Source of the DNA: Ginglymostoma cirratum
Lineage: Eukaryota
Length of the DNA: 64,000 nt
Assembly: GCA_024137785.1 (NCBI GenBank)
Contig: JAHRHZ010000140.1
Span: forward strand, 21,336,127-21,400,126
Direction: 5' to 3'
Part shown: one piece after another, positions 1 to 12,925 of the stretch
How the letters are laid out: every line of letters begins with the position of its first letter
Numbering within the stretch: the stretch's first letter is position 1
Notes under the pieces: model-generated
Told to the model about the DNA's origin: nothing
The model's database searches: none
The model's input: only the letters and a program-made list of their open reading frames with translations
Program-made: the position numbers and the translations under genes

Positions 1-82
1 ATGCTGCTTGGCCTGCTGTGTTCATCCAGCCCCACACCTTGTTATCTCGGATTCTCCAGCATCTGCAGTACCTTTTATCTCT
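1..82 (+). mobile_element. 3' tail of short Penelope-derived element, cut by window edge
   Basis: Near-identical to 36564-36638 (ctgcttg.cctgctgtgttcatccagcccca...ttatctcggattctccagcatctgcagtaccttttatc). Confidence 0.8.
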
Positions 83-398
83 ATTATCCAAGATTTAGAT
101 CCAGTTCCTCATCAGATATCAAACTGTTACAACTCATAGCAGCTGACATACGAACCTGCAGGAACAGAACCTTGGCTAGTCAGACCAAGAATGAGGGACA
201 ATTTAAAGAGAAGCTAATTTACAAAGATGGTAATAAACAATGCATATTGTCTAACTGCTTACAGTTATGGTTTTCAAATTAATTCAAGTAATCACCAAAA
301 GAAATACAATCTGTTGAACTGCAGCAATGTGACAAATATACATCTGATGAACCATAAATTGTAAGATATGGATAACATTTCCCTTGCAATGGCTGAAT

Positions 399-624
399 AT
401 ACACAGAGGGTGGTTTGGGTGTGGAATGAACTTCCTGATGAAGTGGTGGATGACGGGTACAATTACAACGTTTAAAGGACATTTGGATATAAGAATAGGA
501 AAGGTTTGTAGGGATATAGGCCAGGAACAGGCAGGTGGGAGTAGTTTCGTTTGGGATTATGTTTGGCATGGCCGGGTTGGACTGAAGGGTCTGTTTTCAT
601 GCTGTATGACTCTATGGTTCTAAG
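399..624 (+). mobile_element. CR1/HER1 LINE 3' end
   Basis: acacagagggtgg...tggaatgaact...gaagggtctgtttt...ctctatg tail; similar to 9080-9294. Confidence 0.85.
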
Positions 625-1579
625 TGCTGATGTCAGAACTGAGTCAATTTTCCAAACAGGATTTGGTAATCACTTGTCACGAACAGTAGTATTGCTTATA
701 TGCTTTTAAACTCGTTCTTACCCAGCTCCTTATTTGTCTGTAGATCTTCGTGATTTCAACATAATGATCTGAACCATGGGCACTAAATAAAGAAATCTAA
801 TCTTACCAGGAAGAAAGTAATACTGCTCCTCCCAAGAGTACATGGCTCTTGGTTCAGTTCTCTCTGGCAGCGCATAGCTCTTTGAACTGCCAACATGTGT
901 GAGCAACTTAACAAAAAATACTCCAGGAAGAAATCTCTAATTGTCACCAATTGCTTTACTTTCTAGGGTGGACAGGCTGGTGGCACAGTGGATTAGTGTA
1001 GTGACATGCTGTTTCAGGCAATGGTACCACATGGATCTTACTTGTGATTTCCATCGCATTGGATTTGCATCACAGCTAAACTGTCAAGGGAGGCAGGGGA
1101 GAAACAGAGGGGAAATTAACTCCTGCCATGTTTGCACATCTCTCAGCAGATGGCCCAGATTGGGATAAACCTCTGAGCATTTCATCCATGCACCATCTTG
1201 ACTAAGAAATGACATGGAACATGTAGTAAGCTATCAAATGCAACTATTTCATGAGGTAGAGCAAGCTCACTAATAGAAATAAGGATGACATTTCACAGCA
1301 AGAGTGAATATTCTGCACATCACATTCATGATATTTCCCAGGTTCAAAGGTACAATTTTGTATTTTCTTCTTGTTAAAGCTGGAAAGGTGAAAACAAACT
1401 ATTGTAATCCATAAGAAGGCATTACTAAATTATTATTACCTTAGCAACTATGGAAGGATAGAAATAAATCCATATATACAAACTGCATGAAATGAAAATA
1501 ATGTTTAATGCAGAAGGATGGCATATTGCAGTGTTGAAATGTTTTCTAGTCATTTATTAAAACCACTGTCAGTGTTCAA

Positions 1580-1608
1580 AGAATCAGACACAGAATCAGA
1601 CACAGAAT
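1580..1608. repeat. 12-bp tandem duplication (agaatcagacac) x2.4
   Basis: Read directly. Confidence 0.9.
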
Positions 1609-3574
1609 TGATATCTATTTTATTGATTTAGAATTTACATTTGATGTATTGTTCCTTCAGGTCATAGTGACAAAATGCATGCTTACAATTTGAGACTATT
1701 TGTAATTAGAAGATTTACTATAACAAGTTCAACCTTATCTTTCACAGATTTGCTTACAAAGCATGACCTGCCACTGAGATGTGATGGTATATAAGCACTG
1801 CAACAAGACAGAGAGTGAAAGTGCAGCATGCAATGTTATTATTTGTTTTCTGGTACCAAGAAGGATGAATGCATTACCATACAACTGTAACAATATTGGA
1901 ATTTCATATGAACTTCAATTCCTCTGCAGTACTGCCTCCCCTATATAGTGCAAATACATTGATTGAAATATTGTGCCTAGAATTATTTGATAATACTGCA
2001 ATGACAGTGAGTTCGTCAAAATCCAGTGACAACTGGATTCAGTGCAAAGAATGGAACAATTCCATCACCCAATGAGGCAGTGAAGAACCTTTTAACGTGA
2101 CTTTTCTTAGCTCCTCATCGTGTCACGTGACCATGAAACAGCAATAACAAAAGACATGGGACAAACACGACCACATTTGCCCTACTCTCTCTACTGAAGA
2201 AATGTACTTTGAAGGCCATGTCCAGATTAGCAAAAAATATACTTGAAATAATCTAGTTTAAATGTGAATGTGCATCTTGTCATGTATAAGTGTGTGCTCC
2301 TCAATCAGCATTCTCTAAGTTGCGTGGGAAATGAAGTAAATCAGAATTTTAAAATAATGGAATGTTTACCAAATGTATGACACTAAATGCCTGCAATATG
2401 TCATGCTGTTTAAAGTGAGTTAGTGTAAGAATTCATTTTTGGCCACTTCTGCCAATATTTTCAAACAAGAACTGTACTTCAGTGAAAGAACTTGATACAT
2501 ATTGAAAAATCAACATTTCTAAATAAGCTTAGAGATTTTGACAGTCTCACTCACCAACTAATGTAGAATGGAAAATTTTGAAACTTTGAATATTTGTCAC
2601 ATGAAGACTGGAAAAATGTGTTCTGGTAATTACTGTCTAGTGGTGTTCATGATACCCGAAATCTGAAGGTTTGCAGTTAAAGAAGAAAAGCAGGTGCTAA
2701 TTATTGGAAGATCTGACGTGCTTTCACTTTTCAAGACTGTTTCAAAACATGCTGATCAGGAATCATCACTCGTAACTTTTATCAGCTGTGTTCTAACAGC
2801 CTTCCAAGTATTTCTCATCTTTATGAGAAGAACAGTTTGCCTTATTAACTGTTTCTCGTCTATTGGGTGAGTACTACTGTTGATAGGATCCACTGCAGCT
2901 CATGTAACGGAGTGCAATAATGATTACAGAGATTAGGGGGAAAATAACGGCGCAGGCAGATCATTTGCTCACTTTGAGAAGTGAAAATTCAAATGCTCCT
3001 TTCACACAGCCTTTGCTGCAAAGTTTTACATATATCTCACTTTCGTTTCCCATTTAAGAACACCTTATAATTCTTTTTGAATATTTGAACTCTGTTGTTA
3101 TCCTATCCCAGACTTTCAACTAACTTGGATAAATTTCTGTCCTAATCATTACTATTTTCTCAAAAAGTTTTGGTTTCGCTTCATTCATTTCTATGATAAG
3201 AGTGAATCTTCATTAGCCTCATTCCAATTTTAGCATAGCGTGTGTTTTTTCTTATTGGTTGTGCATTAAATGTTGGACATTTTTGAAATTAAAATAAAAA
3301 TTTGGTCAACACCTTTAAGTAATACACAAAACATCGAGGGGTGGGTGCCATCAGGAATGGCAGGAAGAGTTAAGCTTTCATTTGCTGCTCAGCGTGAAGA
3401 CGCATATCATGAGACACGTAGGGTGGACCTAGAAGAACAAATAAGATGGCTGCTTATTCGGGATGGTTATTAACTGCCAGAAATGATGCATCATTGGTAT
3501 AGAGCACAGGGAGATCTAGCACACTCACAACTGAATTTCCGCTTCATTGAATTAGCAGCAATAAGGATGGGGGA

Positions 3575-3972
3575 GGGGAGACAGTATTATAATGGTATTG
3601 TCACTAGACTAGAAATCCAGACACCCAGGTTAATGCTATGGCAGGCTTCCAATCTCACCGTGGCAGATGGTCAAATTTAAATTCCATTACTTACAGAAAC
3701 TAGAATTGAAAGCTCATCTCAATAATGGTGAGCGTGAAACTATTGTCAATTGTTATAAAAACCCATCCAGTTCACTGCTATGTTTTTGGGGAAGGAAATC
3801 TGCCTTCCTAACTCAGTCTGGTCTATATGTCACTCCATGCCCACAGCAATGCAGCTGACTCTTAACTAACCTCTAAAATAGCCGAGCGAGCCGTTCAGTT
3901 CAAGGAGAACTAGGGATGGGCAACAAATGCTGGCTTTGCCACCAATGGCCACATTCTAGTAAGGAAAATAAA
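3575..3972 (+). mobile_element. tRNA-derived SINE with LINE-derived tail
   Basis: Core ggaaggaaatctgcc...gactcttaact; tail agggatgggcaacaaatgctggc shared with LINE ends near 6600 and 12420; sister copies at 19480, 19962, 62400. Confidence 0.8.
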
Positions 3973-4490
3973 TCAGCTTGTTCTGTGCAAGCTTTCAATC
4001 CTGCCCGCAAGACTTTCCTTTTTACATTTCACTGGGCAATACTTAATACCTAGACAGTGAAGGGGAAACACAGTCCTGCTTTGTCACTGTCAATTCACCT
4101 AACAGCTTTCTGTTGCCTTTTTATTTTGCCAATTAATGCAGCACGATGTTTTTGTTGAGTAAAATGGGAAATATCAGAATGGAAACTAAGTAAAATAAAA
4201 ACTTACTCTCACTAATTGATGTTTTAAATATCAAAATGCTTAAAATTTTAATTTTATTTGTGTTTGCATAACTGTCATTGACTACCCATTTAATTCATTG
4301 TCAATGGGAAACCTGCTTAATTCCATTGAAAACCATGCTAATTATTATTGAAATGCTCACCGAGTATCTTTTAACGCCATGATAAACTGGGTATTGTCAA
4401 ACCCACATTCCTGTCATACTGAAGTAATAACTCAAAACAGCAGGTGGTGCTGATGTACAACATAAAAACACAATAGGGTGGCAAAGGAGC

Positions 4491-4511
4491 GAGAGAGAGA
4501 GAGAGAGAGAG
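4491..4511. repeat. (GA)10 microsatellite
   Basis: Read directly. Confidence 0.95.
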
Positions 4512-5307
4512 CACTTCCACGATTGTGTATGCACCACAGACTATGTTGACAGCTGTCAAATAAGCTCATGTGTCACCATCATTATTATATCCCCCTATGG
4601 GAGTGTCAGTGAAGAGCTAAGTGTTGAGTACACTGAAACATCTTTAAAGAGACATTATCTGCTTTTATTTGGTTTGTTTGTTTGCTCTGCCTCATCTTTT
4701 TTTCTGAAACTATTGCAAATCAAGGTTAAATGACTAGTGGTTTTCCTTTAAATTGTAGCTTTGTCTTCAAGTCTTCCACAGTTTCTCAACATAATCAGTT
4801 TTCACTGTGCCTCTGTGCTTTCTACATGATCACAAATGGAATGGTCGACATATGTTATTGACAGTACTTCACAGAAAACTGAGGGCAAGAGGACAAAATA
4901 TAGAGAAACACTGTCTGAGGGGCATTACAGACAAGTTAAAACAAAAAAGAAGTACTTTAATTTTGAAAATCTAGGAATGTGGAAGAGTTTGTATGCCATC
5001 AGATTTTTGGCTGAATGCAACAGACTGACTCTATGTAGATGAAGCTTGGGCAATAAAATCCCCTGAGCCTCGTGCAATCGAGGTTGAGCTAGTTTGACAA
5101 TGATCTTGGCCCTGGTCTGAATGACTACTGCGCAGAGTTAAAATTATGGTTTATATCTCAGACATCACCTAAACATGAAGAAGCCATTTGAGCAGTGCTA
5201 GATTCTCTGATGGCCAACTGCAGTTTCTGCCGGTGGAAGCTATGAGAGAGAAATAGCATTTGCATTATTTGTGAGAAAGGAACAAAATTAAACAAATATT
5301 AAAACTA

Positions 5308-5600
5308 ATGGTTGAGAACCATAGGACACCAATTTTAAAAAAAATTGGCAAAAGGACTAGATGCAACATGAGGATCAATGATTTTATATGGTTTGGATGT
5401 GGCATTCACTGCCTGAAGTTCTGGTGGTGACAGATTCAACTATCACTTTCAAAATGGAATGGGATAACTATCTGAAGACAGAAGATTTGCAGGGCTGTGG
5501 GGAAAAGACAGTATGGGGCTAGCTAAGCTGCTCTTGCAGATGTTTGACAGAGATAGAATAGGCCTCTTTTTACAATGTAACTTTTCCATGATTCTATAAT
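5308..5600 (+). mobile_element. Old CR1 LINE 3' fragment
   Basis: Degenerate CR1 ORF2 end/3'UTR ending in atgattctat. Confidence 0.7.
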
Positions 5601-6567
5601 AATGATTTGATAAGGGAAGCGATGAAGCAGAATGGTATGAGATATTTTGATGATTTCAGACGGGTCTAAAACAGCACAGTGAGCTCTTCTGATTCTGAAT
5701 GTTTCTGTATAATTCCCATGCATCTGTCCTCATCGTTCTAATGTTATTATTCAAAAGCGCAACTGGATTTTTCAATAAAAACATATAATTTGTTAAACAG
5801 TGAGGGTCTGTTGCTATATTCTGAAATAATTTGAGTATTTTCATGGTTTTCTGTTAAAGCGGTGCTATTTCTTTAAGAAACCCTTAGAAGTCAACATAAA
5901 GATCTGCTGTGTTTTTTTAAAATAACTTCCACTTCTTGACTAAAACTATTATGTTAAAAATATTTGATTATTTATAAGAATCTTTAATGCCAAACCACTA
6001 TATTAATGGGAAAATGGTAATGACTTTGGTGTTTAAATTTCAAGAAACAATGACTGTTGCAGGCCTAGCATCAGTGTAAAAATATTACTTTAACCATTAG
6101 CTCGATGGAACTACGTAAGCTGAAATGAGCTGATAATTTTGATTGTGTGTCTAGGGGAAGTGATGATAATGGGGGTTAGAATATTGCCTGTGTATCCCTA
6201 GGACGTAGACTTAGAACCTGTTAAAGCAGACGGGCTGAAAGTTTCTTATTTCTGCTAGCCTGTAAATGAAACAAGTCTGCAGTATAAATTTTCCAATACA
6301 CGCTAGCTGCGGGCAGGGATCTCCAGGCCCCTCCAAAGAAAAGCATGCTCTCACACCCACCCTCAGCCTCCTTCTTGCATGTACAGCCAATAGCTATAGC
6401 CTTATATTCTCTTGTAGCCTCCAAGTCACCAAAATCAGATGTGGAGAAATTGTTTGCAGCAAGCCATTTTCTAATATCAATGAGTGGAAAATGATGGGCT
6501 TTGTGTGCAGTTTCCTGAAATCCTGCGCTGGTGTTTGTTGCCCATAACGGGAGCATTCATAAATCAT

Positions 6568-7068
6568 TTTCCTTTTAACTCATGCATGGAATGTGGACAA
6601 TACTGGCTGGCCCAGTGTTTGTAGCCCATCCCTAATGGCTGTTAAGAAGGTAGTGGTGAGCTGCTTTCTTGAACTACTGCAGTCTAGTGCTGTAGGTAGA
6701 CCCACAATGCCACTAGGGAGGGAGTTCCAGGATTTTGACCAGCGACAGTGAAGGAGTGGTGATTTATTTCCAAGTCAAGATAACGAGTGGTTTGGAGAGG
6801 AACTTGCAGGTAGTGGTGTTCCCATGTATCTGCTGCATTTTTTCTTTGAGATGGAAGTGGTCGTGTATTTGGAAGGTGCTGTCAAAGGATCTTTGGTGAA
6901 TTTCTGCCATGCATCTTATAGCTGGTACACACTGCTGCTACTATAGCAGATGTGAATTTTAGTAGAGGAGATATCAGCTAGGTGTTTTGTCCTGGATGGT
7001 GTCAGGTTAAATTGAGTGTTGTTGGAACTCCACTTGTCCAGGCAAGTGGGGAGTATTTCATCATACTC
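6568..7068 (-). mobile_element. CR1/L2-group LINE 3' fragment (family distinct from HER1)
   Basis: Homologous to 12375-12925, whose reverse translation gives EYSPLVWMGAAPVTLKKL.TIQDKAA and WEQQHLQVPLQATHHP. Confidence 0.8.
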
Positions 7069-7069
7069 A

Positions 7070-7390
7070 TGAAAGGAGAATTGAATAGAAAAGTAGGTTA
7101 TACTTCATTTACACAGGGCCCTGGTGAAACTATATCTGGAGTTTTTTGTACTGCATTGGTCTCCTTATTTAAGGAAGGATGTAAATGCATTGAAAGCAGT
7201 TCAAAGAATGTTTGCTGGACTAATAATTGGAATGGACAGGTTTTTTGTATGTGGTAAGATGGGCAGGCTAGGATGTATACGTTAAGATATGACTGGTTAA
7301 AACATATAAGATCCCAAAGACTTTTGACAGGGCACAAGGAGAAAGGATAATAGCTCTTCTGGATAAATCAATAATTTGGGGTCACTACAA
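7070..7390 (+). mobile_element. Old CR1 fragment, 5' part (continues at 9295)
   Basis: CR1 ORF2-like sequence breaking at ggggtcact and resuming as actgtttaagtataaggg. Confidence 0.65.
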
Positions 7391-7455
7391 ACAATTTGGA
7401 TGAGAATATAGGAGGCATGGTTAGTACATTTGCAGATGGCACCAAAATTGGTGGT

Positions 7456-8466
7456 CAAGATGGTGGCAGAGCAGAATGCTCTGGTCGGAGCTCCTCTGTT
7501 CACCAGTCCCTTTACCCTTTTTCTCTCTTGTTTTCTGTCTTGTTTGTGGTTCTTCCTTTCTCCCCACTCTATGCCCCACACCCCTGGAGGTGGAGTGGCA
7601 GAGCGAGTGGGCCGTGTCCTGCGGAGGACTGGAGCAAACAGGCCGAGTCCCACGGAGGACAGGAGCAAACGGGCCGAGTCCTGCGGAGGACAGGAGCGAA
7701 CGGGCCAAGTCCTGCGGAGGACAGGAGCAAATGGGCCAAGTCCCATGGAGGACAGGAGAGCGAATACGGGCCAAGTCCTGTGGCAGAATCAGCACAGGCA
7801 GCATGGCCTCGTGCTATGGGGCCTGCAGGCACAACCTGTGAGCCCCAGACACCACGAGCAAACGGGCCGAGTCCTGCAGGGGACAGGAGCAAATGGGCCG
7901 AGTCCCATGGAGGACAGGAGAGCGAATACGGGCCAAGTCCTGTGGCAGAACCAGCACAGGCAGCATGGCCTCGTGCTATGGGGCCTGCAGGCACAACCCG
8001 TGAGCCCCAGACACCACGAGCAATGAGCAGCTCGTGGGCCGTGAGCCCGGGGCAGCGGGGGGAATAATCCCCAAGGAAGCACATGGGGAACAGCTCCGGG
8101 GCAGCACTGGGAAGGAGCCCCACAGCAGCACATGGGGAAGCAGCCCTGCAGCAGTACATGGGAGACATCCCCGGGGCAGCGTGCAGGCAGTGAGTCCTGG
8201 ACAGAGACCAATGTGAGGGAACAATCCTTACCGTAGAACTTAACTTACCTTAGAACACGGTAATGTTAACCCCTTAATATTTTCTATTTTTAATTTATTT
8301 TCAGCTCTGTAATTAAGCAACTACTTCTATTCCTGTGCTGTATCCAAGAATTGTACCGAGGTACTTGTAACTAAGGTGTTAGCATAAAAAGGCAGACATT
8401 GTAAAAGTTTTTCACTGTACTCCTACAATGGAGTATACGTGACAGTAAAAGGATATTGTACATTGT
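7456..8466 (+). mobile_element. Non-autonomous retroelement: CAAGATGG head, tandem-repeat core, LINE-like 3' tail
   Basis: Splits the CR1 RT frame; imperfect TSD attggtggt (7447-7455) / attgatgat (8467-8475); ends ttttcactgtactc...gagtatacgtgacagtaaa plus attgt repeats. Confidence 0.75.
7609..8025. repeat. GC-rich 31-bp minisatellite with 162-bp higher-order duplication
   Basis: Unit gggccgagtcctgcggaggacaggagcaaac; block starting 7702 repeats from 7864. Confidence 0.9.
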
Positions 8467-9294
8467 ATTGATGATACAATGGACAGTGAAGAAGGAGTGA
8501 CAGTTGGAGATTGATTTGGATAAATGCGAGGTATGACATTTTGGTAAAACAAACAAGGGCAGGACTAATACAATTAATGGTAGGGTCCTGGGTCGTGCTA
8601 AAGAACACAGAGACCTGGGGGTTCAGGTACATAATTCTTTGAAATTTGCGTCACAGGTGGATAGGGTGGCTAAGAAAGTATTTAGCAGACCTAAAGTATT
8701 TGCTCAGACCTTTGAGTATAGGAGTTAGAACGTCATGTTGAGGTTGTACAGGATGTTGGTGAGGCTTCTTCTGGAATACTGTGTGTAGTTCTAGTCGCCC
8801 TGTTATATGAAGGATATTATTAAAATGGAGAGAGTTCAGAAAAGATTTACTAGGATGTTGCCAGGAATGGAGGGTTTGAGTTGTAAGGATAGGCTGGATA
8901 GACTGGTACCTTTTTTCACTGGAACTTCGAGGTGACCTTATAGAGGTTTATTAAATCATAAGGGGCTTAGACAAGGTGAATAACAAAGGCCTTTTCCCTA
9001 GGGAGGGGAAGGTCAAAACTAGGAGGCATTTTTTTAGGTAAGAGTAGAAAGTTTTAAAAAGGACATGGGGACAACTTTTTTACACAGAGAGTGGTTCGTG
9101 TATGGAATGAACTGTCAGAGGAAGTGGTGGATGGATGTACAGTTACAACATTTAAAGGACATTTGTAAGTACATGAATAGGAATGGCTTTGAAGGATATG
9201 AGCCAAACTGACAAGTTAAATTTAGGATCATGGGTTGGCATGGGCTAGTTGAACCAAAGGGTCTGTTTCTATGCTCTATGTCTCTATGACTCTA

Positions 9295-9570
9295 AGACTG
9301 TTTAAGTATAAGGGACCACCCATTTGAAACAGAGATAAAGAGAATTTATTTCTCATAAAGTGTTCTGAATCTTTGAAACTCTTACTCTAAAGGTGGTTGA
9401 ATCAGAGTCTTTGGATATTTTTAAGGCAACAATAGAGAGTTGATAAGCAAAGGGGTGAAAGGTTATCAGACTAAATAGTACTGTGGAGTTATCAGATCAA
9501 CCACAATCTTACAGAATAGCAGAGCAGGCTCAAGGAATGGACTATCCCTGCACCTCATACTTTTGCTCAG
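9295..9570 (+). mobile_element. Old CR1 fragment, 3' part
   Basis: ataagggaccacccatttgaaacagagat...gatcaaccacaatcttacagaatagcagagcaggctcaagg CR1 3' end. Confidence 0.7.
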
Positions 9571-9654
9571 AGTTTTAACACAAGTTTATGATGCTACTAT
9601 TATTTCCTAAGCCAAAATGAAATTGCTTTGTATGCAATTCCATACCAACAGTTG

Positions 9655-9910
9655 TATGTATATGGTGCCTTCAAATTACTCGATAGCTCCAAGATGCTTT
9701 ATAGGAATGTTGTCCAACCTAATTTGACGCTGAACGACCAAAGGAGTTATTAGGTCAGATGTCTGAAAACTGAATCAAAGAGGTAGGCTTCAAGGAGCAT
9801 CTTAAAGAAAGGAATGATTAAGGAAGGAATCCCAGGGCCAAGGCACCTGTCAATGGTGGAGTGATTAATGTTGGAGATACTCATGAAGTCAGGATTGGAA
9901 ATCCCAGAGA
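9655..9910 (-). mobile_element. Degenerate L2-like LINE 3' end
   Basis: caaagaggtaggcttcaaggagcatcttaaag motif resembling reversed L2 tails. Confidence 0.5.
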
Positions 9911-10649
9911 TTTGCTTTTGACGTAAAAGAAAGAAGTGGGAGCTATTTTACATTCCTGAATGATCCTCAAATAGTGAGCAGGTCTGACAAATGACAGCAA
10001 AACACAATATTGCTTAATATGGTCCAGCCAAGTCTGGTGGTGGACAATCACAAGTCTGTATCTTTTGTTTTAAGGAGTGGAGTGAGGGTTGTATCAGGTG
10101 GATTGTCCAGGGTGAGAAAGAATAATGGGGGCTAGAGTATCGAAGTTAGATTTTAGAGCATGCCAGAGTATGGCAGCTGCATTGTAAGTTCTGGGGAATG
10201 AAGGACCAAAAGTTACAAAGCTGTGATTTTGACAGCAACTTTAACATGAAATAAGGTGGCAAACACTTCTGGGTCATACTGGATTCTTCAGGATGAATCT
10301 CTCAAGCACAGCTTTCAACAACGCTAAAAAAAAAGTAGTTGGTGCATATAAAAAGGATTGTTTCTCATTTGTCGTTTTCTTCGGACACTCTCACCCGTTA
10401 GCTGTAAAACCAATATTGGAGATGGGGGATGAGATTGCTCTTTGATGGTCAAGTAGCCTCAAGTCAGGCAAAGGATAGATTTTTTGAGAGGAGACTTGTA
10501 TCAGGCACCCAATGGCATGCATGCAGTAGTTGGAAGAAGAATGTTAGTGTGAAATTTCATCCAACAAAATATTTAAGTAGTTGCAGATGATGTACCGCTA
10601 ATTCAATTTGCCTTTGAAATGTTTAACTCAACCTCACGCTGAAAATCCT

Positions 10650-11155
10650 AATACAAAAGCAAAATGTTGGAAATCTGAGCTAGAAGCCAATATTTAGCTG
10701 TTCATAAAGTAGCTGCGGATAGAGAAACAGTTAACATTTCCGGTCAATGACCTTTCACCAGAACCAGAAAAGGTTAGCGATATACAGTAAGTTGTCAGCA
10801 AGAATGGAGGCAACTAAAGTAGGGGAGAGGGGATTAGGAAAGTACTAAAGGGTAGGTCTATACATGGTAGAGTGGTACTTAGGAGAGATGAAATGCCAAA
10901 AAGGATGATGATACAAGGCAAACAGAGATGGTAATTTGACAAAGAAAGAAACGAGATTTAGACAAAGTGTCAATGAAAAATGCTTCTTTTTGCTTGTTTT
11001 GGCATTGATTTTGCATTTTGAGTTTCAGTGTATATCTCTTTTGTTCTTTTTCTCATCTCCCTAGCCATTCTTCCAGCCTCAGCATTTGCATTAAACCTGT
11101 TACATCTCTGATTCATTTCCAATTCTGATGTAAACTCATTAATCTCAAACATTCG
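10650..11155. mobile_element. Old Penelope-derived remnant with two opposed ends
   Basis: Reverse decayed hammerhead-like core near 10730-10765 and forward ttctgatgtaaactc...aaacatt near 11120-11152. Confidence 0.55.
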
Positions 11156-12374
11156 GACAGATTTTCAACATGGAGGTGGGGATTAGGAGTTGGAAAATTT
11201 CCAAATATCACAATCCAATTTCAGTCCTGGCAGCGCCAGCCAAAGGGATTTTCACCTGGTTAGTGTGTGGGCATGGCTTGGAGTGGTTGCAGGCCTGAGA
11301 CAGAGATGGAGATGGGCTGATGTCAAGGCATCCAGGTTAAATGGCCTGCCTCCATTCATTGAGATGATGGTCCAGTACTGCGGATGAATAGAAAGCAACA
11401 CCCCCCACCCCCGTCTTTCCCTTGTCACCACTCCCTTCACTTCCGTACCCTCCTCGCTCCCTTCACTTATCTAAACAGATGGCGGTACTGTTCAGTGAAG
11501 AATGAATGAAAGCCGTGGGAAAAGGTTAGACAATTAGCTATTGATCTCATGTTGATCCTTGTTGTTTCTACATTATATAATGCAGAATCACAATGCACAA
11601 TCTATTCTAAAGCATTTGCTTTTTTTTAACTTTTCCTTCACTTGTCATCTCACCGCTTCTCAGGAGTGACCATGTATCAACTATTTTTTTTACTGGTTGG
11701 TTACTTCCTTTTTCCGATCACATCACTATCATCAGTCGCTTTGAAATAACTTGGGCTGTAGAATTGCCTGATGAAACAGAGGGGATGGCTGATAGTACAA
11801 CGATCGTTGCTCATAGTTTAGAACCATCCGACCTCCATCCACGGTTCAAGCCTCTACCCAACAACTGTGATTTAGAAAGGCTTCTGAATTGCTGTGAAAA
11901 TTCCCCATTTCCAGCATTGTGCTGGCAAACTCCAAGAGGCAGCCAGCAAGATTCCTGGCCTGCTGCCTTTCCCACTCTACTGAAAAAAACCAAAGACAGA
12001 AATAAAGGTGAGACTTCAAGTTCCGGGTGCCATGTCTTTTCTTCCATTCGATTTTGTATGGTTCCACATTGGAACCACAAATTCCATCCTTTTAAAACTA
12101 TATCCTTCCACTCAGATGCTGAGTATGCCAGTATTTTGTGTCCAAAAGTCCTAACTGAGGAACTGAGAGATCCTGATCATTTACAAACTTTCTTACTTGT
12201 CCTGTAAGATTACATTTCCTTAATGAAGATTCTATTGACTTTTGATTCAGAACTTTTCATTGGCAGCTGATCAAAGTTTCCTTTCCTTTAACAGTGCAAC
12301 TCTCAGAGTAATTAATTGCTCTGCAGTGCTTGGAAATAGTTGAAAAAGAATGTTGTAACTCACTGTTACATTAT

Positions 12375-12925
12375 TTTTATTCTTCTGAGGGAGGTGGTAT
12401 TTGGAGACAGGCAGGCATTTGTCGCCCATTCCTCGTTGACAATGAGAAGTTGGTGGTGAACCACCTTCTGAAACTGCAGGTACACCCGCAGAGCTACTGG
12501 GAAGGGAGTTCCATGATTTTGAACATGCAACACTGAAGGAAAGGCAATGTCGTCCCCAGTTTCAGGATGGTGTGTGGCTTGGAGGGGAACTTGCAGGTGC
12601 TGCTGCTCCCATGTGTCTGCTGCCTTTGTCCTCCTCGGTAGAGGTGAGAGTTTTGGAAGGTGCATTTGAAGTCACACTGGTGAGTTGTTGCAGTGCATGG
12701 TGTATGTGACCCACACACTGCATTGGCGGTGACGAGAATGAATTTTTGAAGGTGGTGAATGGAGTGCCAGCCAAGTTGGCAGCTTTGTCCTGGATGGTAT
12801 AGAGTTTCTTGAGTGTTACTGGAGCTGCACCCATCCAGACAAGTGGGGAGTATTCTATCACACTGTGCCATGAGATGGGGGGGTCAGACCACACAGAGTC
12901 AGGAAGCATGAGTTACTTGCCTCAA
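12375..12925 (-). mobile_element. CR1/L2-group LINE 3' fragment
   Basis: ORFs 12562..12909 and 12366..12665 carry LINE ORF2 C-terminal peptides; homologous to 6568-7068. Confidence 0.8.

Larger units (their letters stand above)
7395..9294 (+). mobile_element. 5'-truncated CR1/HER1 LINE (RT C-terminal half plus 3'UTR), interrupted by 1-kb insertion
   Basis: LDENIGGMVSTFADGTKIGG (CR1 FADDTK motif) at 7396, continuing ggacagtgaagaagg at 8481; ends ctctatgtctctatgactctaag. Confidence 0.9.

Noticed and set aside
970-1200. Possible ancient SINE head (ggtggcacagtgg)
   Set aside because: Only an A-box-like motif; B-box and body not identifiable
2122-2131. Perfect GTCACGTGAC (CLEAR/USF-type) palindrome
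   Set aside because: Single motif with no promoter or CpG-island context
7609-7790. CRISPR-like 31-bp periodicity
   Set aside because: Head-to-tail repeats with no unique spacers, in eukaryotic context; a minisatellite
11764-12207. 147-aa ORF and strong minus-strand acceptor near 11980
   Set aside because: TTG start, no recognisable domain, no convincing donor
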